A DNA stretch of 64,000 nt, taken from Podarcis filfolensis (taxonomy: Eukaryota). The stretch lies in the NCBI GenBank assembly GCA_964270895.1, contig OZ185435.1; one strand, 5' to 3'. The notes beneath the pieces are model-generated. The model saw nothing but the letters and a program-made list of their open reading frames with translations. It was not told the origin of the DNA and made no database searches. Below are positions 36,500 to 49,942 of this stretch, one piece after another (position 1 is the first letter of the stretch; the number at the start of each line of letters is the position of its first letter). Both the position numbers and the translations under genes were made by a program.

Positions 36500-37140
36500 G
36501 TCACGGTAAGCATCAAAGAACAGAAACTGTCATAAGAATCTGACCGATCACATAAAACTTATCCAGCTGAAACAACCTATTGACATAAGTAAGTCTTTGA
36601 AAGACATCTAAAAAAATAAGAAGCAGAGATGCTTGGTGGAATTCCATCAGGAGGGCATTCCACACTGATGGGGTAGCCACACTAAATGCTTGATTTCTCA
36701 TAGATACCAAGTGGGCCACATTCACACAAGGATAGTTCAAAATGAAGTTTGTAGTAGTTAAGGGCTATCCCTTTCCTGTGGCCTTCTTCCATCTCCAGAC
36801 CATGATACTCCTAGTGCATTGGCTTTTCCCCCTTTGCTATTTACAATTGAGTCTGTATATATTTTGGTAAATAGAAGTACTGACTCCTATAAGTTGAGGT
36901 AATAGAATTTCTCTCCCCCCCCCACCGTTCACTTTTAATTTGTATACCGCCTTTCTATATTGCTGTACACAAGGCAATTTGCCAAGTTGAAGAAACAACA
37001 AAATATGCAACAAAGATCACACATCCTATAAAAGTCCAGACCATGAAATGAACAAATACCTCCCTCTCAGTGACTTGCTCAAGAGCCTTTGCACCTATAA
37101 ATACATTTTGAACTTGAAATTTAAATCTTATTTGGAAAAG
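36500..37140 (-). mobile_element. Degraded L2 LINE 3' fragments
   Basis: Minus-strand AFSVATPSVWNAL (L2 AFSVAAPxLWNSLP-like) and tail remnant gtataccgcc. Confidence 0.6.
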
Positions 37141-37881
37141 TAAAAATAACAAGAAAGCTGGATTTTTACAATGTTTGCATCATATCAGCTGAAGAGATCG
37201 TGTTCATATATATCTTGGATGGGGACCTCCAGGCCGCAAGCCAGACTGGCCCACCAGCTTCCTGCAACTGGCTCAGGAGGCTGTTTCTCTGAAACCCGGC
37301 CCACCTGATGTCATATGTGATGTCAGGTGTGAAGCAGGTAGAGATGAAGCTGCACAAAGCAGGATTGAACCACCAACTGCACCAACTGATCCACAGGGAG
37401 TTCAGTCCCATCTAGTTCAGTATGACAACAGATGACTGACAAGTAGCTGGTTCCATCCACCTGTCAGAGTTGGCCGTCTGGCATGGGGGAGATAAAGATC
37501 TGGCCAAAAAGGTCCCCCACCCTCCAATATACATGGAGCCAAGACTGCAATCTTTGCTTGTCTTGTACAATTTAAGTAGAAAAGGCAACCAAGGTTGAAC
37601 CTTTAAAGTTACGTGTTTTCATAGAAATACAGAGCAGCCGTGGTTTAACTTGTTTGAATAATCTTTAAAGTGCTCTTAATTGTTCATTGACGCCCTTAGC
37701 TTTCTGATGTCATTTCTATAGTTTCTTTGGGGCTTATACAAACTTCAGGTTCCACAGGGAGGACCCAGTAACCATAGTGCTTGTTCAGTTTTGTGTTGAA
37801 TGAATAGGTTTTTCCTTCCTCTAGGTGGAAGTTAATTGGTGCGTATGTTTATATTAAATGTGTCTTTTCTTGTTCTTCCAG

Positions 37882-37992
37882 TCAGCTGTTGGTCATGAAT
37901 ATCAGTCTAAGCTTTCTCAGCACTGTTCCCAGGTGGACTCGGTGAAAGGTTTTGGTGGGAAGTTTGGTGTGCAAGTCGATAGGGTTGACCAG
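37882..37992 (+). CDS. CTTN: CTTN exon [37 protein letters not shown]
   Basis: ttccag|TCA ... CAG|gtaaac; 111 nt, phase 0/0. Confidence 0.96.
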
Positions 37993-38198
37993 GTAAACAA
38001 CTTCCTGTATTTCTAGAAATGTGTTTGATAGCTGCCTCCTACATTTTTATAGTGTAGGTGTTGATGTGGCTGTATTAAGATGGTTCACATGTAAGTGTCA
38101 TTTATTAATACCACTTGGGGGTGTTTCTTCATTTAGAATACTCTTGTAATACTTTTTATTTTTATTCAAATAATTTTCATTTTTTTAAATTTCTGCAG

Positions 38199-38253
38199 TC
38201 CGCTGTGGGATTTGAATACCAGGGGAAAACCGAGAAACATGCTTCTCAGAAAG
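38199..38253 (+). CDS. CTTN: CTTN exon [18 protein letters not shown]
   Basis: ctgcag|TCC ... AAAG|gtaaag; 55 nt. Confidence 0.96.
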
Positions 38254-38669
38254 GTAAAGGACCCTTTAAACAAGAGGATCTTTGTAATAGAGACTTTCTA
38301 CAGAACATCATTTGTGTTTAGTACCTAAGTACTGAGTCTATTCCTAATTGAATAGCTACTCAGATGGAAGCCTGATTAGGGCATTCATTTCCTTCACACG
38401 TCAAAATCATGTGAGGAGTGTGGCGGTACACTGTCTAGGCCTTACCCCTAACATATCAGATATCCTTCAGTAAAGTTACTGTAACTGTGACTGTTACATA
38501 AATGCCAAATATTTACTCTTTAACACACTTCGAACCACTCTTTTCATAGTTATAAGGGTGGCAGGGAGGTAATTATTGAAGGAGGTGCCACTAATTAGCA
38601 ATATCTTCAGAATTGTTCAACCGGCATCCATGCAGTTTCTGACATTATTTCAATGTGCTTGTTTCTCAG

Positions 38670-38780
38670 ACTACTCAAGTGGATTTGGCGGGAAATATGG
38701 AGTACAGGCTGACAGGGTAGACAAGAGCGCATTGGGATTTGACTACCAAGGGAAAACAGAGAAGCATGAATCGCAGAAAG
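38670..38780 (+). CDS. CTTN: CTTN repeat-3 exon [37 protein letters not shown]
   Basis: tctcag|AC ... AAG|gtttgt; 111 nt, phase 1/1. Confidence 0.96.
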
Positions 38781-39700
38781 GTTTGTTACTTGCATTATAT
38801 TCTGTGCATTTTTTAAAATTTCAGGAGCTTGTGCTATGATGGTAAATTTGTAAAATGTTTTTTCCCCCCTCTTTAAAAAATAGGGCAGCGACTCATTTTT
38901 ATAGCATCAACTCAACAAATAACCTTCCTTTTGTGTTTGAAAATTCTCACGGTTTAGCTAACACAGGAGTTCTCTTCAATCCAGAGTTGGCGTTAGAGGA
39001 GGCGAGAAGCTTATCTAGTAGAATTGATAGAAAATCTTAATACCTGCAGATTCTAAATTCTGAGTTCTGGCGGCAGTGGTGGAAAACCAAGAAAAAGTGT
39101 CTCTTTTCAAAAGCTTTGGTATTGGTTTCCCCCCAAAAACAACCAACCAACAAACCCTTTTTTGCCTGTTTGTGGTAAATGACCTTATTCCCAGTTCTCT
39201 GGGATGGGGGGTGGGGGGTGTTTGCCAGGGATAAGAGATAGTTATGCTTTTGTTTGCATATTTTTGTTTTTGCTGCTGCTGCTCCTTTCTGCAAAACCAT
39301 GAGAGGAATTATGTACTTTTATTCTCTGTGGAAGAAACCAGTCTCTTTCTGTTTCTGTTCAGTTTTTGCAGGAGGCAGCGAGAAGCTACTGCAAGCATTT
39401 GTTCTCCAAAAGGTCGTTTCTCAGGGAACAAAAAGCCACTTCTCTTTTCCTTCTCCATATTTTATTGAAAAATACGGATGAACTCGATGTCTTGTGATGT
39501 GAAAGTGTCCTCTGTGGTGGTTGGGTAGTGATGGCTCTTTCACACATGCAAGTCAGCACTTGAATACTCACTTGGAGTGATGAGCAGGAGAATGTGTGAC
39601 CTGACCACTGCTAGCCAAAGAGCTATCAATAGAAAGAATTTAGTGTCTTAGTTTCTACTGCTATGGTGATTTTTTGATTTTTTTCCCATCCCATCTCCAG

Positions 39701-39811
39701 ATTATTCCAAAGGTTTTGGTGGTAAATATGGTGTGGACAAGGAGAAAGTGGACAAAAGTGCTGTTGGCTTTGAATACCAGGGCAAAACTGAAAAACATGA
39801 ATCACAGAAAG
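39701..39811 (+). CDS. CTTN: CTTN repeat-4 exon [37 protein letters not shown]
   Basis: ctccag|AT ... AAG|gttttt; 111 nt, phase 1/1. Confidence 0.96.
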
Positions 39812-40995
39812 GTTTTTATTTTAAATTTTATTCCATGAAATTGTTTTGGGTTGGCCTTCTTTAAGTCTGAGCCTTTTAGTATACTTCAGTATCCCTGCAT
39901 AAACGGAAGCCTTCAACTTTTAGCAGTAAAAAATTCCTCTTCCCTGTCTCTTTATTCTGTCTTTTTGTTTTGTTTATTTTGTTACTTTTATATCCTTCCT
40001 TTCCTTAGAATCAAATAAAAAAAATCCCACAGCAGCTGACGCCTATGAAATAAACCTAAAGTTGATTGCTTAAGGAAGGCCTGTGTGAGAATACACAGTT
40101 CTATTAAAGTTCTGAACTAACTTCACAGCACACAAGTTCCTTCATAAGGATTGTGTTGTGTTTATGGATGTTACGGATTTTGATTTGTTTGCTTTACTGT
40201 AAACCATCCTGTGGCTTGTGCAAACGATGGTATATCAATCATTTCAATAAAATATCTAAATAATCTTATTTGTACAAGTATTTATATATGTCTATAAATA
40301 CAATGCCTCTGTAATATATAGATATATACAATTTAGAAGTGTAACAACCATTAAAAGCAGTATAGAACAACCATTAACATGACCTATGGTTATTTGTTAA
40401 TTATTCAATTTATATATTGCCCTTCATCCGTAGATCTCAAGGTGGTTCATAACTTAAAAATATAAAAAACCCACAAATATATCCTGTGAATACCTCGGCT
40501 CAGACAATTTACTGCATCCAGCAGGAAATCTGGATGATAGAACTAGTAACTGCTGATGTGGCAAAACACTACTATTTTTTGTTTGTTTTTTGTTTGGTAT
40601 AAACAGCTGTCTCTTAAGTTTGCGCCTCATAAGATTAGCATTATTCTTTCTTGTGCATTTCTGTTTCGTGTAAATTGGACTATAGTGAATATTTGCTGAG
40701 TTCTATACAGTAGCATTCTCAAGGCACTGTGGAACCAAGTATTTTGCAAGTAGAAATTGCAAAATAAATGTCCTAAACATGTAGTTTAATTCATCTCAGT
40801 TCACTGAGTCCTTATGACTGCAGCTTTGTGTACTAATATTTTCCCACCATTAAAAAAAAATCCTACTTGTACATTGAGTTGGCAAGGGAAAGAAGACCTC
40901 TAGCTACTGTCTCTTAAATATATAAATTCACTTTAAACCTCCTCCAGGACAAAAACATTATCTCGGTAACACCTTGTGTTATTTTATCTATCTAG

Positions 40996-41106
40996 ATTAT
41001 ACAAAAGGTTTTGGTGGAAAGTTTGGGGTGCAGACGGACAGACAAGACAAATGTGCCCTTGGCTGGGATCACCAGGAAAAAGTACAACTGCACGAATCTC
41101 AGAAAG
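40996..41106 (+). CDS. CTTN: CTTN repeat-5 exon [37 protein letters not shown]
   Basis: atctag|AT ... AAG|gtatat; 111 nt, phase 1/1. Confidence 0.96.
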
Positions 41107-41331
41107 GTATATACATATTTCTTGGCTGTACATATAAAGGGGTACAATGATTACCATCCTGTATATTATACTGTTGTCGTGTTCATATAGAAGGAAGGTA
41201 TATGCATCACATGATCTCCAGCAGAGGTCACCACTTTGGTGACCTCCAGATTTTAAACTACAGCATCCCTAACCATTGGCTGAAGCTGATGGAACTGGGA
41301 AACTTGTGAAAATATTCTTTAGAGTTTTCAG

Positions 41332-41385
41332 ACTCAAACTACATCTTCAAAAATATTACTCAAACTACATCTTCAAAAATATTAC
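41332..41385. repeat. 26-bp tandem duplication (actcaaactacatcttcaaaaatatt x2)
   Basis: Direct inspection; the two copies are identical. Confidence 0.9.
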
Positions 41386-41679
41386 ATGAGCTTGCACCAT
41401 TTCACTTGTATATTGTGAGGTGGAAAGGGAAATAGTAGTATGCCTGAATGCTTTCCCTGTGAAAAATGCGTTCTGCTTTTGAAAAGATGGGTATATCACA
41501 GAAAGTTTTAGCACATTCTTCTCCTTGGTGTGATTGCTGTGTATATGCAGGGGATTTTTGGCATGGGCTTTCAAACGTGTGGCATTCCAAGCTGTGATTT
41601 CTCCAGGCTGCAATCTGAAGTAAAACAGTCTTGGAACCATAAGATTTCTCAATGTGTATTTTGGTTCTGAATTGCATGA

Positions 41680-42740
41680 TGTGTTCCTGAAAGTCGTTAT
41701 GGGAGGCTACTGTTCAACACCATGGGAGTCATCGCGTGATGTCCTGCAGGGTTTCATCTTGTCCCCCATGCTATTTGACCTCTATATGTATCCACTGGGA
41801 GCTCTCAGGAGATTTGACATGCCATCAATATGCAGATGACACCCACCTTTCTCTTTTTGTTCCATCTGAGTTGGGAGAGGCAGTTGCTTGGAAACAGTGA
41901 TGGTCTGAATCTTGGAAAGACAGAGGTGTTATGTGTTCTGAGTTCTTACACGCAGGAAGTGAGGAGATGGCCTGTCCTGGGTCGGGTTACGCTCCCCTGG
42001 GAGGAGCAGGTCTGTTCCTGGATTCAGCACTGTTTGTTACTGGAGGCTCAGGTGAGCTTAGAGGCTAGAAGTGCCTTTTTCCAGATCCCGCTGGTTCACC
42101 AGCCTCAGCCCCTTCTGGGCAAAAATGACCTGGCCATTATACTCCACGATTGGTAACTTCCAGATTGGATTATTGCAGTGTGCTCTAAATGGGGCTGCCC
42201 TTGAAGACAACTCAGAAACTTAAATTGGTCGACAATACAGTGCCCAGATTACTGGCTGTGGCTCCATTTAGATAGCACATAACTCCTGTTTTAAAACAGC
42301 TGCACTGGTTACCATTTTGTTTCTGGCTCCAAGATACTCATATTAGTGTTTAAAGACCAAAATGACTCAGCCTCCAGATACCTGAAAGACCAACTCCTTC
42401 CCTACTGGACCCCCTTGAGCTCTAAGATTGGTAGAGGGGGGCACTCTTGTTTGTTCCACTACCCTCAGATGCTATGGGGAGGGGGTGGCCCAGGAAAAAA
42501 AATTTTCTCTGGCAGCCCCTAAGTTGTGGTACTCCATCCCAATAGAGGTGTCTGACAACTTCTTTATTATCTTCTGTGATACCTGAGATGCATATTTTTA
42601 GGACCCACCTTACTTTTGTGATTTTTTTTATTTTTTGTGATTGTAAGTTGTTTTAATCTGTTTTTTAACATTGTGTTTTAATTGTTGCAACCTGCCCTGG
42701 TACCTTAGGGTTAGGGGCAGGTAACAAATTAATACTTTTG
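41680..42740 (+). mobile_element. Degraded L2 LINE 3' fragment
   Basis: DVLQGFILSPMLFDLYM (GVPQGSILSP-like), tatgcagatgac (YADD), LDYC and an L2 tail. Confidence 0.8.
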
Positions 42741-42869
42741 GGGGGTTTTTTAAATAGTGTTTGTTTTTTGGTTCGTCCATGTTGTATCTAAATATGTTTC
42801 TCTTCCTCCTGTCCTTCTCCTTCTCTCCTCTTGCTTCTTTTTCCTCGTGATATAACCTGGATTTCTCAG

Positions 42870-42980
42870 ACTATAAGAGTGGTTTCGGAGGGAAATTCGG
42901 TGTTCAATCAGAGAGGCAGGACTCCTCAGCTGTGGGGTTTGACTACAAGGAGAAACTAGCGAAGCACGAATCACAACAAG
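42870..42980 (+). CDS. CTTN: CTTN repeat-6 exon [37 protein letters not shown] (GC donor)
   Basis: tctcag|AC ... CAAG|gcatag; 111 nt, phase 1/1; non-canonical GC donor. Confidence 0.92.
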
Positions 42981-44241
42981 GCATAGTTTCTAGTTGTAAC
43001 TTACCCAGTGCAGCCACTTCTACCACAGACTTAAGTTGCTCTCTTTGAAAGCCCTGCACCTCCCTCGGGCAGTTTCACGGCAACATTTCTTTCTCTCTTA
43101 ATCATATCATCCCAATACATCGCCGCAATCTTTAGTTGAATGTTTTAAAGCTAATGGCAGCCATTCTTCATTATTATTATTTTTGGCAAGTGCGCATCAG
43201 GTCAGTCGTCTGCAATAGTATTGCTTGAGTGTGGACTCTATGATATATAAGGAGTGGACCTCTCCGGTGCCTTGTGTAGTTCTTGATTCTGGCCTACAAA
43301 GCCTGAGTCTTTGCCATAGCAAGGTTGCTTCTGTTCAGGAAATGTCACTTGTGATACCCACATCCTTAAGCAGTAGAGTTTCTTCTGTCATAACAAGAAG
43401 CCAACATTTTAGGTTTATGCTGAAATTGATAATGCTGTTTAAAAATGCAGACATCAGTCTCTTTCTTTAAATGCAATGGGTGAAATTAACAGGCACCACT
43501 ATGAGATTATCTTCTTTTCTCCATGTGCTGTGAAATCAACCTAGCCAACATTACATATAAATATATAGAGAGAAAGAGAGAGAGCGCCCTTGCCTCTTTC
43601 TTCAAAGGAAAACCCATGTGCAATTCATTTCCTAGAACTAGTACAGTAGTTTCCATATGCTGCAATGTTAAAGTCATGCACCATCCATCCGATATAAAAT
43701 ATGCCCTGATTTGGCTGTTAGAAGGTTTGAGATTTTGTTCTTAGTGATCACCGCTTCATGCAGTATATCAGTTCAATATAAAACATGTGAAATCATGTCT
43801 TCATTGAAACGTTAGGCAAAGGTGATTTGGTTCCAGTGTTTTGGGCAGATAGATAGATATATAAACTCTCTTTACATAGAATCTCCTTGATGAAAATAAG
43901 GCAAGGTAACCCATGAGATCCTTCCATAAATAAGAAGTATTTCATTCCTTCAGTTTCCCCCCACAGTGTGTGTGTTTTGTAGAAGTTTGTCTACCCAGCA
44001 TTTAATTGTACTTCTGTTGTCAATCTGAAATGAGACAATGCCCTGCTCAAAGTAGACTCTCTGAAATTGGTGGGCCTGACTGATGTCAGTTCAGTGCTTT
44101 TCATTGTATCTACTAAAGACTATGGCTTGGTTGGATACAAAGCCCTCGGTGGTCAATATATCTGTGTCTTTTTGGCATTTAAAATGCTCATTCATTGACA
44201 TGGTGAATGCCAGAAGTAGCGAGAAGTAAATGCTAGAAGTA

Positions 44242-44642
44242 CAGTGGTGCCTCGCAAGACGAAAAGAATCCGTTCCGCGAGTCTCTTCGTCTTGCGGTTT
44301 CTTCGTCTTGCGAAGCAAGCCCATTAGGGGCTTAGCGGATTAGCGCTATTAGCGGCTTAGCGGGCTTAGCGGATCAGCTGATTAGCTGATTAGCGGATCA
44401 GCTGATAAGCAGCTTAGCGGATCAGCTGTTAAGCGGCTTAGCGGCTTAGAGGATCAGCGGCTTAGCGGCTTGGGAAAAAGGGGGGGAAAAGGGAAAAAAA
44501 CCCGCAGGAACTCGCAAGACATTTTTGTCTTGCGAAGCAAGCCCATAGGAAATTCGTTTTGCGAAGCACCTCCAAAACCGAAAACCCTTTCGTCTAGCGG
44601 GTTTTCCGTCTTGCGAGGCATTCGTCTTGCGGGGCACCACTG
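44242..44642. mobile_element. Tc1/mariner-type MITE (family C) with internal tandem array
   Basis: TA TSD; 22-bp TIR CAGTGGTGCCTCGCAAGACGAA with one mismatch. Confidence 0.92.
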
Positions 44643-45022
44643 TAGAATAATCCAAGGCTGTGCTATGGAAGTGGTGTGGCAGGCAGGGGTGTTGGGTCCA
44701 GAGAGGGAGAGCATCCTTTTCTTTGCTTGATTCCTGCCAACGGTCATCCAGTGCCATTTCAGCCAATGAATGTGGAAGCATGAATCTGGCCCACTGTAGC
44801 TTGCACATCTGCCAACACTTCTTCCAAAATCTTACAAGTATATATATGTATATATATATTTCATCTATTGCATCTACTTCTTTTCCGTTTTTTGCTTGGC
44901 TGCAGTCATTGGGAACTCTCAAGCATGCAGCTCCTTTCAATACTCATCTGCATTTGAGAAAACTCAAAAGAGGGGTAGAAACAATCACCTACAATTAGTC
45001 TTTTTTTGTGTCCTGTTTTTAG

Positions 45023-45078
45023 ACTATTCGAAAGGCTTTGGTGGAAAATATGGCGTGCAGAAAGATCGAATGGATAAG
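45023..45078 (+). CDS. CTTN: CTTN half-repeat exon [19 protein letters not shown]
   Basis: ttttag|AC ... AAG|gtatga; 56 nt. Confidence 0.96.
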
Positions 45079-46074
45079 GTATGACCGTAAATCAAATATT
45101 TCTTATGGCAAGGATGGGCAACCTTTCATTTCTGTCTGGGAACTGATGATGGGTGGAGCCAGAGATAAATTGTCTGCATTAAATAATGTGGAATAAATAC
45201 CCCCCGACATCAGTTTTTATAATGGCTGCCTCAGATTAGAATCTCCAGTCTAATGCAGAGGTGCTCAGAAATAATCCCCTCTGAATTCAATGAATAAGTA
45301 TACAAAGGAGCTTCTTACTTTATTTTTTAGAACAGCGGACTAATACAGATACTGTTCTGGAAAAGAGATACTTTCTTCGGTATATATACATACTCACGTG
45401 TGGCTGGTGGATGATGAAAGGGTTTTTTTGTTGTTTTGTTTTTAAGAAAAAAAAATTCTGAGGAAATTCATATCAGCTGCAATTTTAGCAGCTCACAAGA
45501 AGTAGAAAAACATTACAAAAATGTAGCATATAAATGTCCAAATGCATAAAAAAGAGTGTTGCAACATAAAAAGTATCAGGGATCAGTTCATAAAAGCATC
45601 CTCAACCTTCAGTGCAATTGTAACCATGTCTACTCATATATTGAACCTTCATATATTTGTGATAGAGACATCTGTTTGCTTTGCTACCTCATATCATTGT
45701 GCACTTAAAGCTTCTCTACTGCTTTTTGAAATTGAGTTACTCTTTTGAGTTCTCTGCTCAGTTGAAATTTAGCTTTGTGTTTCATTTTACTTATAAAAAA
45801 ATGTCAAACACCTCTTGCATCCAAGTTTGCATTTGTCATTAGATTGCCAAATGTCAGGTGGCATTTTGTGTTGTCTGGATACTTATTAAAATCACACAGC
45901 CTTTTTACTTGTTTTGAGTGCACATGTCACCTTTGAGAACATGCAGCTTCTACATGAAAAGCAGCTTTGGAGCATAAAAATGACTTCTTCAAATGAAACT
46001 GTTGTGTGCATTTCTAATAGCTTGTTATCTTATTCCTGAATATGTTTGTGACCTCATCTGGCTTTTATTGATAG

Positions 46075-46144
46075 AATGCATCAGCTTTTGAAGATATTGA
46101 GAAATTGTCTTCAACGTACCAGAAGACCAAGCCAGTGGAAGCTG
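46075..46144 (+). CDS. CTTN: CTTN exon NASAFEDIEKLSSTYQKTKPVEA
   Basis: gatag|AAT ... GCTG|gtaagg; 70 nt. Confidence 0.93.
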
Positions 46145-47087
46145 GTAAGGCTATATTTTAAAATGCTGAAAATCTCTCCAATGTTTTCCTTGTTTATGGT
46201 TTAGCTTGCCCTTATACCTGAAATATCTTAAGTTCTTGATGGCCTAAGTGCCTAGCATTATGAAGATGTGGGGCTGTGAATCTCAGGCTTGTGTGCTCCT
46301 CCCTTCACGTCTGACACAGCCACAAGGAGATTCCTGAACTTTCAGCTTTTGTTTTGGATTAACCATGGTTTAGTGTTGCAACTGAATCCCAAGTGAATCT
46401 TAACTATGGTGAATAAAAACAAGACAGCTTCTTAAATTATGGCTTAAAGGTGACTAGTTTCCATTAAGCTAAGGCGAGCCAGAGTTTCTCCCAAGTTCAG
46501 ATGGCAGATCAAATGTGGTTAATCTATAAATGAAAGGAAAACTTCTCAACTCCTTGTAGCAACATTTCAGGGGTGGTGCTGGTTTGTGAGCCTGAGGTTT
46601 ACTGCATTTCACCCTCATAATGCCAAGCCATGCTTAAGCATTACATGGGAGTGCAGTCATTGCATCAGCATAAGTACTGAATCTCCTAGGTGTATTTAGC
46701 TTTCTATGCTTGGAATGGTGAAATAAAAATTGGATGGACTTTCTAATGTATTTTCTTTTTTGTCTGCTCAGGAAGGGAGTCATCATTTTAAATTGAACGT
46801 GTCAGCTAATCCTTGGCCTTGTTGCTGGAACAACTCCCGAATTCCTAACTTTTAAGTCAGTCATTTAGGCCTGAACTTTCAATATGTTCCAATTTTTGCA
46901 GCATCTGTTTTTAGTAGGAAGGTGAATGAGTCAGGCTTCTCAGGGGATTACATTACTTTTTCTAAGCATAAAGAATTTGCTTAGTCTTAATTTTGGTTAC
47001 CAGTTAACTCTGGATCTGCATGTTGTGGAGATTTGCGTAAGGAAACTGCCCTGTAAAATGAACGTCTCAATATTTCTACTATTACAG

Positions 47088-47236
47088 CAAATAACAAAAC
47101 CAGCAACATCAGAGCTAACTTTGAAAACCTAGCTAAGGATAAAGAGCAGGAGGATAGAAGGAAGGCGGAAGTCGAAAGAGCTCAAAGAATGGCACAGGAC
47201 AAGCAAGAACAAGAGGAAGCCAGGAGGACGCTGGAA
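47088..47236 (+). CDS. CTTN: CTTN helical-region exon [28 protein letters not shown]...RRTLE
   Basis: ttacag|CA ... GAA|gtcagt; 149 nt. Confidence 0.95.
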
Positions 47237-49942
47237 GTCAGTGAAATTCATTATTTTGCCTCTTTCTTCCACCCTCCCCCACCCTTGAGAAAAAAAGTCA
47301 GAATTGGTTTTGTTTTGTTTTTTGAAAATAATTAACTTTAAAACTTCTAGAAAGCTGTCAACTTTTACGATTCAGAACTAGAATACATATTATAAATAGG
47401 TCTGGTTATTGTTTGCTTAAAGTCTTCCTAGTTCCAGGACTCCTTAATTAGGCTGTAATCCAAACTGTGGATTCAAAACTATGGGGAGGGAAGGAAGCTA
47501 TTTTTAGATATTCTTAGGATCCCTGCTTTCTGGTTGTCACTGCAGTGTACATCCCAACTGATGAAGCTCATAAAAAGAAAGTTTCTACTGATAAAATGTG
47601 AGCTGTTGTCAACCAATCCCTTTGTGTCTGGACTGGACACAAAAACTGCTAGCCATGTTGTGTTCCCTGTTAGGACCTCCACCTCTGTCTGAATTGCTCC
47701 TTTTATTGTTAAGAAACCTCTTGGTGTAACTCTGTATTGCTAGCATCCTATAGGCCACTAGCTTTACTTGTAGCAGAGACATTCAGCCCCCTGGTTTCCT
47801 TGCTCTGGTGCTGGCAATAGAATCATTGCCGAGCATTTAGGAGCTGCAGTGGGATAGAATTGGGTACTGAAGATGGTGGGCATGCCTCCTTTATGACCCT
47901 AAAGCTTGATCCTATGACAGGGGCACGCAACTAGACAATAGAGAAGGATGTTTGCATGGGGCTGAGCAATTTTAAAATGTTCTCGCCCTGTAAGGTTTGA
48001 GTTAAGTAGCTGGCAAAATGCAGAGGCAGTTCCTCAGTAAAATATGTAGAGCCAGCTGGAATAAATACACTAGACGGGTTTCTTTCTCCCGCCCCCTGTC
48101 TCTTGGAAAGCGTCAACCTCTGTTGAGTGTTCTCTGTTAAAGAAATGTAACTTGGCTGTATCCTTGCTCCCAACCAATTCCTTTCTTCATCATATGATCT
48201 GTGCCCCTGATGATGTCCTTTAAATCTAAGAAAGAGAAAAGCAAGGTGGTAGTTTTTACTTTTATTTCTAATGAGCAAAGATACTAGATTATTGCTCCTA
48301 AATGCCTACCTCTTTTGGACTATCTTTAAGTCCTAGAAAGTGCTGTGCAGCTTAATCTGGAGAAAATTACTAGCAGCAGCACCCAGCATGGGTCTTCCTA
48401 CTGCCACCCACTCTGACTCCTGCCTTTGAGACACTGATGTAGAAAGAAATTGCCTGTCTGCTACAGAATATGTGGGCTCCGTGAAATGAAATGCAGCAGT
48501 CCTGTACTGCTTGCATTCACAACACCTGGTAACAATTTAGTGTGTCAGACCACAGCCCTGGGACTACAAATGAAAAATAAGTTCCTCTCCCAGCTTTGTA
48601 GTATGTCTTGTCTTGTTAGTGGGTTAACTAGACAAGGGAAGACTTACAGACTTGTTTCCCATCAATGCTTACTTGTGGGGGGTGGGTGGGGTGGGGAGAT
48701 ATGTAGTAATCAATGTTATAGTCATCGCTCTTGTGTATTGTAATTCACCATCAGGGAAATGCACAGTACCTAAATGTTTATGGCAGGAACAATGAACAGA
48801 TCACTTATAACCCAGTGCTACTAATTTTATGTATTCACAAATCTTATATCCTGTTCTTCTTTCAACGTGGAACTCAGGACGGCTGACGGCCAATAGATAA
48901 AACAACTGTGCACAGTAATATATCATCTAAACCACAAAGTCATGGCAGCAACAATTCATCAGTACAACTGCAACTGAAAATAGTTTACCTCTTTGTATAA
49001 GCACCTGGCCAGTGTAAAAATATATAGTCTCCTTGTAAAAACAGCATTCCCCCATGTCTTGTTGCCCAGACATATATTGACTTAAGCAAACAACTGAGAC
49101 TTAAAAGTGCAGTGCTTAATAAATCCTACAGCGATTTCACTAATCAGCCGTGGTAGAGAAATAAAGATACATACAGCGAAATAATCAGCTAATAGAAGAG
49201 TATAAAAATACAACAAATACAATACACTAACAATAGAAAGCAAAAACACACAGTACCCTCTTCCCTCCCTCAGTAGCAGCAGCAATGTAGAAATAGGGAT
49301 ACATAAAGTGAAATGTGTAGGATATAGCAGATTCACCGTAACTCTTGCCATTTCCACAATTGTTTACAGTAAGCAGGTGACCACAAATGTACTCACTGTA
49401 CGTACCTTGCTTATCTAGGGACAAGAGGGGCTGCCCTTCCTTCTGTGACTCTTTCAGCTTTCACCCGGAAGCAATATTTGATCCAATCTCCTATCCTGGG
49501 GTGCCTTTCTTCCCTAAATCTGACTATGGGATTCCTCCACCCCATTGGTAGTTGTCGTAGGGGTGCTGCACACTTGTTGCTCCAGAAATGGTGACCTGTG
49601 TCACCTGTGTTGCTCCACCTCACCTCACACCAGTTGCTGTTAATTGGCATCATTGTTTCTGGGAGTCTCGGGAACAGAAGGCTGCAAAAACTGCTTATTG
49701 ACTCCCACTGTCGTGGTGGCAGCTGCTGTCTCTGACAGTGCTCCACCTGGCAGTTCACATTTAGACCATCTTTCATCTCCCTGTCCTTTACCCTTAAGTC
49801 CAACCAGCTTGTCAGAAAGGTGATGTTTGGTACATTGGAAAATGCGGTGCCTTTATGTTCAGAGGCCATTTCTAAAATAGGATCTTGAAGCCTGGTTGGT
49901 TAATTAATGCAAGGGAACCAGCCCCCCATGCTTAAGGATACA

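Noticed and set aside
37882-45078. Regularly recurring GGTTTTGGTGG-like sequences resembling a repeat/spacer array
   Set aside because: These are cortactin repeat exons separated by introns; not CRISPR-like.
49411-49869. 152-aa minus-strand ORF in a CTTN intron
   Set aside because: No recognisable protein or RT/transposase motif; probably degraded repeat sequence.
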